From Minisyncoccota bacterium (lineage in GTDB: Bacteria; Patescibacteriota; Minisyncoccia; Phycocordibacterales; UBA9973), in assembly GCA_018062425.1 (NCBI GenBank), contig JAGOSH010000003.1:1-62501 (forward strand): 62,501 bases of DNA, given 5' to 3'. Below are positions 17,469 through 24,995 of this stretch, one piece after another. Position numbers and translations under genes: made by a program. Within the stretch, counting starts at the first letter, position 1; each line of letters starts with the position of its first letter. Under the pieces are notes generated by a model that searched no databases, was not told the DNA's origin, and was given only the letters and a program-made list of their open reading frames with translations.

Positions 17469-19214
17469 TTAATACACCTCTTGCTGATAACACTTTTCAC
17501 AATACAGTGTGTAGCCTTGTTTCGGGTCAAAGAGGGACGAGATGCTTTGGTTACACTTTGCACACTCAGCCTTGTACGAAATACCTAGCGGTACCATGGT
17601 AAAATGATTTTGAATACGCAAAGAAGGATGCACCAATGGAATCGGCAATTGCATGACCCGATAAAATTGGAGTTCGCTTTCGGTAATTCGAAAAGGCCTT
17701 CCAGTTACTTCACATTTGATGGCAAAATTTATAATGTCATCTTTAGTACCCTCTATCGTTTCTGGAATATCGCTACCAGATAAAACTTTGGTGACTCCTG
17801 CATTAGTATCGGGCTCTGACGCTATATACCCGCCAAGCTTTATAATTTCCTCGTCAGTAAGCGGAAAGGAAACTTGAGCGTGGGAAAAGTTGTATGCTTG
17901 CGCAGAAAATTCAAACCCTAATCCGTCTCCATACTCTCCCCTTTGCATCATGTCTGTTTTAATTGTGTCTACCAAGGCGAAATACTCTTCTGGTATGTAT
18001 TGTTTATTGAGCACGCAATAAGATTTATTTTGCAATCCAAAACACATGAAAGAATTGCTGACATTTCGGCAGTTAAAAATAAACTCGGAATCGGTGCAGA
18101 ATTTGCCCGCCACCGAAAACTTTACATTGTTAGATGACGAACCAATGTTAGTGGCGCTATAGAGCAAGCTTGAACCACCAGAGAATGTGACATCCATCGA
18201 GTCTTTGTGGGCAATGCACCCATCTGAGTGGCGAATATGTTCGGATTTTTCTGAATCAGTGACATTGATAAGGTCTTTACTGTTTTCAAGGAGAACACCA
18301 TCAACCCCGTTAACGACGGTGTTCATAGATGCATTGACCGGGGTTTGCTTTACCAGGGCCCAGAAACTTTTATCATACTGTTTTATTTTGTCTCTGGTGA
18401 GGGGGTACACAGCCTGCATAAAATTTTCATATGCTTCTTTTGAAAGCTGCTCATTCCACACACGATACTTTGCATTACGGAGCCCTACACAACCAAAACA
18501 ATTTGTAGAGTTGCGACAGTCAAATAAAAACATACTGTCGGTACAATCTTTGGAAAAATACATAAAAGCCGACTTGTAAGAATTATCAACAAAGGCGCTG
18601 CAGTATATATGATCCGAACTATGAATTGCCCGAGAATCCATAATGTCTTTACTTTTATTAACCAAGCTACAGTACCAAGCATTTTCTACAGAAAAACAAC
18701 CTCCGGCATAATATACATTCTTGGTATCTCTTCCTCCGTTTGAATATTCACTGTTGATGCTGGCTGGGTCACGATTTAGAAACGATGGAACAGGAAAAGA
18801 CTTTCGCATAGTAGATAGAACACCCATAGGACCTTCGTCTTCTTTGTACAATACACCGTACAAGAATGGATCAAATTCACCACCAGTGAAATACTTGTAA
18901 TCAAAAACAGGGAAAGGACATTCCTCTGAAAAGACTGAAATCATCGACTCGGTATGCCCTGTCGCATCACACGGCCTCTTGAAAAGTCGGAGTAGTCCCA
19001 TGTGTACAAAACGTCGCATTCGCCGACAAGTTGGGCAAAAGTTTGGCGGTGGAACACGAAATGTTTTCAAGAACCCAATGTCTCCTTCCTCAATATTAAA
19101 TTCTCCTTCACAATGTTTATGTTCGCCTTTCCATCTGCAAGTACGCGCATGAGGAACCAGATCTTTTAAGACTTCGTCGATTAATGCGTCGAATTTTGGG
19201 GTTTTGGATTCCAT
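17469..19214 (-). CDS. cysteine-rich protein with terminal zinc-ribbon modules (paralog C, 581 aa)
   Basis: The N-terminus has ...PPPNFCPTCRRMRR. Central motifs are NCFGCVGLRNAKY and FMCFGLQNKSYCVLNKQY. The C-terminus has CAKC-x17-CEKCYQQEVY. Confidence 0.7.
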   Translation of the reverse strand: MESKTPKFDALIDEVLKDLVPHARTCRWKGEHKHCEGEFNIEEGDIGFLKTFRVPPPNFCPTCRRMRRFVHMGLLRLFKRPCDATGHTESMISVFSEECPFPVFDYKYFTGGEFDPFLYGVLYKEDEGPMGVLSTMRKSFPVPSFLNRDPASINSEYSNGGRDTKNVYYAGGCFSVENAWYCSLVNKSKDIMDSRAIHSSDHIYCSAFVDNSYKSAFMYFSKDCTDSMFLFDCRNSTNCFGCVGLRNAKYRVWNEQLSKEAYENFMQAVYPLTRDKIKQYDKSFWALVKQTPVNASMNTVVNGVDGVLLENSKDLINVTDSEKSEHIRHSDGCIAHKDSMDVTFSGGSSLLYSATNIGSSSNNVKFSVAGKFCTDSEFIFNCRNVSNSFMCFGLQNKSYCVLNKQYIPEEYFALVDTIKTDMMQRGEYGDGLGFEFSAQAYNFSHAQVSFPLTDEEIIKLGGYIASEPDTNAGVTKVLSGSDIPETIEGTKDDIINFAIKCEVTGRPFRITESELQFYRVMQLPIPLVHPSLRIQNHFTMVPLGISYKAECAKCNQSISSLFDPKQGYTLYCEKCYQQEVY

Positions 19215-19217
19215 ATT

Positions 19218-20915
19218 TTAATATACCTCTTGCTGATAACACTTTTCACAATACACTATTTCCGGTCGTTCGGGAGCATAGCTAGTTTGGATTGAAATTT
19301 GGCATTTACCGCAATTCCTCTCAAAAAGCCGCCATTTGTTAACTCTGTCGATCCGTCTGTTGTGTCTGCAATTGGGACAACTCCGCGGAACGGGTAATGA
19401 TAAGCGTTTTAATAATTCCAACTCACCAAGTGCTATACGATAAGGTTTAGTACACAGAGTACAAGCCAACACTTCTTTGGTAACAGCATCTGTAATATCG
19501 GAAATACTATCAGGCAAGTCAGCAGTATTTTTGGTTATATTGTGTTCTCCGCTTTTAATCTCTGAAAAGATAAAACCCTTGTTTTGAATTTCTTCTTTCG
19601 TCATTGGAAAGTATTGGATAGCATAAGACGCGTTGTAAGAAAATGGCGACAAATCATAAGGCATAAACTCACCGTATTTGAATATTCTTCCTTGACTATC
19701 CACATAAGGGTTCGCTTCTAGACTATTTATTATTTGTTCTCGCAACTTCTGGTATTCTTCTTTTGAATACTGCTTGTTTAAAATACAATACTGTTTGTTG
19801 CGCAAACCCACGCAACCAAAGCAGTCACTCGAGTTTATTACATACATACTGTATTCAACGTTTTTAACATTACTCCACACACCCGAAGAATACTTCACCT
19901 GGTATATACCTTCACCTGCCGTTATAGAATCAACACAAGACTCTACACCGCTACCCCATTCGCTGATATCATATGAGTCTTTAAATGAAGGCAAGGTTAT
20001 AAACTGGCAATATTTGGCATCATCTGCAGAAGCAGTCATGTAAGAATTCTTAACATTTTTAGAAGCGTATACATACTCACCGGTTACGTTTACGTTCATC
20101 CGGCCGTACATGAAACGACGGGGAAACTTATTCCAAAAGTCATGAATACTTGATTGAATCAATTTATGGTAAGAATATTTGTCTAAATTCATACTTTTTA
20201 TTTTTTCTAAATATTCTTCTTTAGAGTATGCTTGGTTGAATATGTGGTAGCTTTTATTACGCAAATTTACACATCCAAAGCAATTCGTACAACTGACACA
20301 ATCTTTGGAATACCATACATCGACTGATTCTGCACAATTTTCAGAAAAGAAAATCCGTGACCCATCACCACCAATACATTCGTAAGCAAATTCAGTCTTA
20401 TTCATCATCAAGCAGTCAGCAACATCTTTAGAATGGTTTACGATGGTAGAATAGTATACATTTTCGCAAAAGTCGGCATTGAATAGCAGGTAACAATTTT
20501 TACATCCGCCTGCGTGATTTATGTAATCACTGTTTTTGAGGGTAGAATAAGTAACTACCAAATTCATTTTGGGAGTTTTTAACATCAGATCCTTCAGTTG
20601 GTCAAAAAAGTTACGACTCGAGTCGTATTCCATTGCATACTCTGTACCATCCCAGGAGTCACCCCACCAACAAGATCCACAATATATAGTTTTATGTATC
20701 TCGGGATCAAAAATAGTAACTACATTTTTAGTGCACAGATCACAAACAGCTTTGTAAAGTGTTCGCTCATTGCGAAAAGCCATCCGTCTTTGCAATCTGC
20801 ATTCCGGACAAAAAGTCGGTGGTGGAACTTTTATCTTTTCGTAGAAAGAAAAGTCTTCGGGTTCGATGATAAAATCTGTTTTGCAATTTTGGCAGTTCTT
20901 GGTTTCGTTATTCAT
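19218..20915 (-). CDS. cysteine-rich protein with complete N- and C-terminal 8-Cys zinc-ribbon modules (paralog B, 565 aa)
   Basis: N-terminal module: CQNC-x24-CPEC-x18-CDLC-x17-CGSC. C-terminal module: CTLC-x24-CPNC-x18-CGKC-x17-CEKC. Central motifs are NCFGCVNLRNKSY and DCFGCVGLRNKQYCILNKQYSKEEY. Its start overlaps the ATPase stop by 8 nt. Confidence 0.75.
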   Translation of the reverse strand: MNNETKNCQNCKTDFIIEPEDFSFYEKIKVPPPTFCPECRLQRRMAFRNERTLYKAVCDLCTKNVVTIFDPEIHKTIYCGSCWWGDSWDGTEYAMEYDSSRNFFDQLKDLMLKTPKMNLVVTYSTLKNSDYINHAGGCKNCYLLFNADFCENVYYSTIVNHSKDVADCLMMNKTEFAYECIGGDGSRIFFSENCAESVDVWYSKDCVSCTNCFGCVNLRNKSYHIFNQAYSKEEYLEKIKSMNLDKYSYHKLIQSSIHDFWNKFPRRFMYGRMNVNVTGEYVYASKNVKNSYMTASADDAKYCQFITLPSFKDSYDISEWGSGVESCVDSITAGEGIYQVKYSSGVWSNVKNVEYSMYVINSSDCFGCVGLRNKQYCILNKQYSKEEYQKLREQIINSLEANPYVDSQGRIFKYGEFMPYDLSPFSYNASYAIQYFPMTKEEIQNKGFIFSEIKSGEHNITKNTADLPDSISDITDAVTKEVLACTLCTKPYRIALGELELLKRLSLPVPRSCPNCRHNRRIDRVNKWRLFERNCGKCQISIQTSYAPERPEIVYCEKCYQQEVY

Positions 20916-23178
20916 CGCCGTTTAGGATTTTGCGTAGTACATCTTCGGGAACTTCTTTCGGTGTTTCGCTTACAGGCGGAGCTTTTGGTGGTTCGGGCGG
21001 TTTTGGAACTGGTGGCGGTATTGGAGTTGGATCTGTCTCGGTCACCTGAGTATCATCTTTAACCAAAGTCGGTTTTGGTTCAATTTTTGGAAGCTCTACT
21101 TTTGGAGGTTCTACTTTAACCGGCTCGGGAGCCTTTACTGGTTCAACTTTAATTGGTTGTGGTTCTGGCTTTGCCTCGCTGAAGTCTTTGACGAAAGCGG
21201 GTTGTGGGTTTGTTGGCTCTACTTGAGTTTTATCGATTAGGTTTTTGAGTGCATTCATTTTGTCTTCGCCGGCACTGCGGTCGGATGGATTACTCACTGG
21301 CTTCTCTATCGGCTTCAACGCTGAAAGTGAAATAGGTGCTACTTTTTCGGGTTCTACTTTAACCTCCTCGGTTATAGCGCCAGTTTGTAGTGCGGTAGCT
21401 AGTGCAGATTTGAGCGATGTTTTTTGTCCGGCTTCGTATTGTTTCTTTACCCTCTCGTCTTTGTTAAATATTTTTTTAAGATTACCAAAAACTCCAGGCT
21501 TGTGTGGCCTATTGTCTACTGGTATGTCAGTACGTCTGGTATCGTGGGCTTGATTTGGACGATCCGGATGTGGACGTGGGGGCCTAGATTCTTCCCTTCT
21601 TTCTGGTTCGAATTCTATACCCAAATCAGCCAAAGGTTTGTAATAAATAGCCTTGTTCTTGGCAGTGTCTGATTCATTTTTCAAAGGTTTCAATTCCCCT
21701 GCTTTTATCTTCGCTATACAATCCTTACAGTAAACTGGTCGTCCTGGTTGAGGCTCGAACGGCACAAAAGTTTCATTACCACAAACAGAACACTGGGCTT
21801 TGAATTTATCACCACCAGAGCCGGCTCCGCCTGATTTGCTCGTGCCTGTGCCACCCTCACTCGCAGCTACGGTACCGCTCCATTCCACTATATCTGCTTC
21901 GACTTCTTCACGATTGCGACAATACAGAGCACGGGAACTTTCAATAACTGCTTGCTCAATTTCTTTGTTCACTGTTTTAATAAGCGGGGGCATGGTCTTG
22001 GCAGAAAATGGACGTGAGGTCATACCGTCTACCATCAGCTTCAAATATATTTTGAAGTTTGGCAGGTTGACTATGTCTCCTGGGGTGAATTCTGGATCAA
22101 ATTCTTTCTCTAAATATTTTGTATCCTCCGCACCTGTGCGGAAGATGATCATGGTACCGATGTTACCGAAAATAGAATCTCGCATAGAGGAGCTTTCGCG
22201 AGTTACCAGCTGGGCTGTATACTGGTGTGCTACAGTCAGAGACAAACGGTATTTGCGAGCTTCCGATAGGATGCTGGCGAAAGAGTCCGTCACAAAGTTC
22301 TGGAACTCGTCGACATACAGATAGAAATCCCTACGCTCATCCTCTGGGATACGTACGCGCTCCATAGCAGCGAGCTGGATTTTGGTAATCAACATTCCAC
22401 CAATTAGACGCGAGTTGTCCTCGCCGATGCGGCCTTTGGATACGTTCACCAGCAATATCTTGCCCTGGTTCATCAGGTCGAAAATATTGATGGTGCTTTT
22501 TGACTGACCGACGATGTTACGAATGACGAAAGTGGATAGGAATTGACCTACTTTGTTCTGAATCGGCGCGATGGCTTCATTACGGAACTTGTCCTGCCAG
22601 GCTTCGTACTCGTGCACCCAGAAAGCTTTAATCACCGGGTCTTTCAAATTACCGATAATCATCTGGCGGTAATCCTTGTCCACAAGCATACGGGTAACAC
22701 CGAGCAGTGTGGTACCAGGAGTGTCGAGGAGCGCCAGGATGGTGTTGTTCAAAATGTATTCCATACGAGCAGACCAAGCGTTGGCCCAAATCTTGGTAAA
22801 TATACCCATGAGTCCGGATGCTACCAAGTGTTTATGTTCGGGATTTTCTATTTCGAGTACGTTGAATCCGATATGAAAATCTGTGTCTGACGGGTTGAAA
22901 TACACCACGTCTTTGATACGCTCTGGAGGAATGGAAGATAAAATAGTTTCCACCAGCTCACCGTGCGGGTCCACTACGCCGACACCCTCGCCGTTCATGA
23001 TGTTCTGATAAACCATGTTGGTCATCAATCCGGATTTACCAGTACCGGATTTGCCGAGTATGTACATGTGCTGACGACGGTCCTTGCGCTTGATGCCAAA
23101 GAGCTGATTCTGATCGCGATAAGTAGAGTAACCGATATAAGTTATATCCCGATTCTCCGGGAGACCTGGAATTGCCAT
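20908..23178 (-). CDS. soluble VirD4/TraD-like P-loop ATPase with C-terminal CxxC-x17-CxxC zinc ribbon and Pro/Lys/Glu-rich tail, 756 aa
   Basis: Walker A GKSGTGKS, VDPHGE, Walker B FYLYVDEFQN, and AHQYTAQ. Further C-terminal come CSVC-x17-CKDC and a low-complexity region of roughly 250 aa (PEPVKVEPPKVELPKIEPKP...). Confidence 0.8.
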   Translation of the reverse strand: MAIPGLPENRDITYIGYSTYRDQNQLFGIKRKDRRQHMYILGKSGTGKSGLMTNMVYQNIMNGEGVGVVDPHGELVETILSSIPPERIKDVVYFNPSDTDFHIGFNVLEIENPEHKHLVASGLMGIFTKIWANAWSARMEYILNNTILALLDTPGTTLLGVTRMLVDKDYRQMIIGNLKDPVIKAFWVHEYEAWQDKFRNEAIAPIQNKVGQFLSTFVIRNIVGQSKSTINIFDLMNQGKILLVNVSKGRIGEDNSRLIGGMLITKIQLAAMERVRIPEDERRDFYLYVDEFQNFVTDSFASILSEARKYRLSLTVAHQYTAQLVTRESSSMRDSIFGNIGTMIIFRTGAEDTKYLEKEFDPEFTPGDIVNLPNFKIYLKLMVDGMTSRPFSAKTMPPLIKTVNKEIEQAVIESSRALYCRNREEVEADIVEWSGTVAASEGGTGTSKSGGAGSGGDKFKAQCSVCGNETFVPFEPQPGRPVYCKDCIAKIKAGELKPLKNESDTAKNKAIYYKPLADLGIEFEPERREESRPPRPHPDRPNQAHDTRRTDIPVDNRPHKPGVFGNLKKIFNKDERVKKQYEAGQKTSLKSALATALQTGAITEEVKVEPEKVAPISLSALKPIEKPVSNPSDRSAGEDKMNALKNLIDKTQVEPTNPQPAFVKDFSEAKPEPQPIKVEPVKAPEPVKVEPPKVELPKIEPKPTLVKDDTQVTETDPTPIPPPVPKPPEPPKAPPVSETPKEVPEDVLRKILNGDE

Positions 23179-23184
23179 GAGGAA

Positions 23185-23193
23185 ATTATAGCA
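23185..23193 (-). promoter_or_regulatory. extended -10 box (TGCTATAAT) 6 nt upstream of the ATPase start
   Basis: Minus strand reads tgcTATAATttcctcATG with no Shine-Dalgarno sequence, which implies a leaderless transcript. Confidence 0.55.
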
Positions 23194-23200
23194 TGCAACT

Positions 23201-23238
23201 AGCCGAAAAAAAGCCCAGGTAGGGGCTTTTTTTCGGCT
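23201..23238 (-). terminator. intrinsic terminator after the DUF3467-like gene
   Basis: 16-bp stem agccgaaaaaaagccc/gggctttttttcggct with a short loop. Confidence 0.7.
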
Positions 23239-23254
23239 TTCTTTTATAAAACTT

Positions 23255-23521
23255 CTATTTGTTCAAATCTGACATTTGAATTGGACTTTGCACGGATGGC
23301 GGGTTCATGTCTATGGCGCCGAATTGCTTCTCGTAGCTTGCAACCTGAGAACTCATCCAGTCTGCAATGCTTTTCATCACCTGCGGAGTTGTGGCGAAAG
23401 CGTCCAAGGCGTTGCCAGAGGTAAAAGCGAAAGAGAAAAACTCTTTACCGAAAGCTCCCATGGCTCCATCTACAAACTTCTTTGGTAACTGATTCATATC
23501 TACTTTTGTTGGGTCTATCAT
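23255..23521 (-). CDS. DUF3467-like small protein
   Basis: The 88-aa C-terminal half (...TPQVMKSIADWMSSQVASYEKQFGAI) resembles the DUF3467 consensus as I recall it. Confidence 0.5.
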   Translation of the reverse strand: MIDPTKVDMNQLPKKFVDGAMGAFGKEFFSFAFTSGNALDAFATTPQVMKSIADWMSSQVASYEKQFGAIDMNPPSVQSPIQMSDLNK

Positions 23522-23671
23522 ATATTTTTTGTTATTTTTATAATCTACTCTAACCTTATCACAGTTTAGAACTTCTTAATAACTTTCTTTTTCTTGGGTT
23601 TTTTGGCAGAGATTTGGCAATATCAATTAGAATTTCGACCAGGTTTGGGACTTGAGAAACCTGGGACTCTT

Positions 23672-24004
23672 TTACTTAGGAATAATTCCTCCTAACGAAT
23701 CTACGTCACTAGCAATTTTTTCTCCAGCTAAACTTTTTAAGTGTTTCTGTCCTAAATACTGTTTATATTTTTTTTGTAATTGTTTTAAAACATCACTATG
23801 TGAAGGCATTTCACTTTCGAAATTATTTATTTTGTTATCAAAATCATTGCTATACACCGTACTGCCTTCAGGATTTATTTTCGTATTAAAATCTTCGGTA
23901 CTATATATACCAACACCAAAAAGATAGTCGCGTTGTGTTTTATTCAGACCTAATCCATCAAAAGGATCATTCTTCATTTCATTATTAAAGTTAAAATCTT
24001 CCAT
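23672..24004 (-). CDS. hypothetical protein (110 aa)
   Basis: ORF only. The N-terminus MEDFNFNNEMKND resembles that of the neighbouring 286-aa ORF. Confidence 0.45.
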   Translation of the reverse strand: MEDFNFNNEMKNDPFDGLGLNKTQRDYLFGVGIYSTEDFNTKINPEGSTVYSNDFDNKINNFESEMPSHSDVLKQLQKKYKQYLGQKHLKSLAGEKIASDVDSLGGIIPK

Positions 24005-24070
24005 AAAGATAATTTAGACAAGTAAATATTAATATTTTGTTTATATTTTTATTATACACAAGCGCTTCCA

Positions 24071-24119
24071 GCCCTACAACTTTCCCATCTCCATACAATG
24101 CATACTCTCCAAACATCGC
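24071..24119 (-). pseudogene. TfoX N-terminal domain gene fragment
   Basis: Encodes AMFGEYALYGDGKVVGL, against AMFGEYALYCDGKVVGL in the intact gene at 27024..27407. My hand alignment gives 41/50 nt identity to 27290-27339. Confidence 0.55.
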
Positions 24120-24980
24120 TTACGAACTAAATCCATCTTTTTCATCTTTTGGTTTGTTAGGGTTATGAAAAATCCCTCTTTCCATTGATTTTGTTATCGG
24201 ATTATACGTAAATGACTTTAACCCTTCTATATTTGGTAAATCTGCTTCTGATGTAGGAGTGATGGTTATACCGCCATTTACAACATCTCCTTCTTTTACC
24301 ATGTTTCCTCTTAGTTCCATGTGTTGGTCTAATGGTCTTCCTATTGAATCTTCTAGTGCGGACTGCTTTGCAAATAAATGCCTACCTACTGGTTTATCAA
24401 GCAAAGAGCGCTTTTCCATTCCCTTGTAAGGTTCTCCTTTACGCCACCATGTTGTATCTTTGCCAAATCTATCCTTTTTTATTTGTCCCATGTCATTATG
24501 AATAATCCAGTTATCTAAATTATCAATAGATTCGTCGTAACTATAAAATTCATTTCTAGGAATTGCTTCGGTCGTAGCAGAAAGACCATATTTTTTTTGA
24601 AAAGCAACTCTTCTTTTGTATTCGCGACGAGAAAGATACTTATCCGGTATAAAATCTTTAGTATTATCTCTAAGTTCAAAACCACCCTTATATTCCATAA
24701 GGAAATACATTTTATCCCCAATATTTGCAAAATGAGAACCATGAATGTTAATTATCTTGGTTCCTTCAGGTAAAGTAGGAGTAGTTCCTGAAAAAGATTC
24801 ATTGGGTGCAACTAGTTCTTCTTCTAATATGCGATTGGCATACAGATTACCTGCCAAAGTTTCATCCATTTTACTTTTATCCATTGCTTTAGATAAAAAT
24901 ATGCTTTTAACAAAATTTGATACTTTGTTTGGAGCAGGTTTTTTTTGGTCATTCTTTTTACCTAGATTAAAATTTTCCAT
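24120..24980 (-). CDS. hypothetical protein (286 aa)
   Basis: ORF only. Its stop codon is followed in frame by the TfoX fragment. Confidence 0.5.
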   Translation of the reverse strand: MENFNLGKKNDQKKPAPNKVSNFVKSIFLSKAMDKSKMDETLAGNLYANRILEEELVAPNESFSGTTPTLPEGTKIINIHGSHFANIGDKMYFLMEYKGGFELRDNTKDFIPDKYLSRREYKRRVAFQKKYGLSATTEAIPRNEFYSYDESIDNLDNWIIHNDMGQIKKDRFGKDTTWWRKGEPYKGMEKRSLLDKPVGRHLFAKQSALEDSIGRPLDQHMELRGNMVKEGDVVNGGITITPTSEADLPNIEGLKSFTYNPITKSMERGIFHNPNKPKDEKDGFSS

Positions 24981-24995
24981 AAAAGTATTATGTGG

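Noticed and set aside
12887-23178. Interpreting the VirD4/TraD-like ATPases as part of a conjugative T4SS or ICE
   Set aside because: Both ATPases lack TM helices. The window has no VirB4/VirB6/VirB8-10 homologs, relaxase, pilin or oriT-like features, and the flanking genes (dnaJ, rsmE) are housekeeping.
23255-23521. Including the DUF3467-like gene in the ATPase/Cys-rich operon
   Set aside because: A 16-bp-stem terminator (23201-23238) and a separate TGCTATAAT promoter lie between it and the ATPase start, so it is probably an independent transcription unit. A functional link cannot be excluded.
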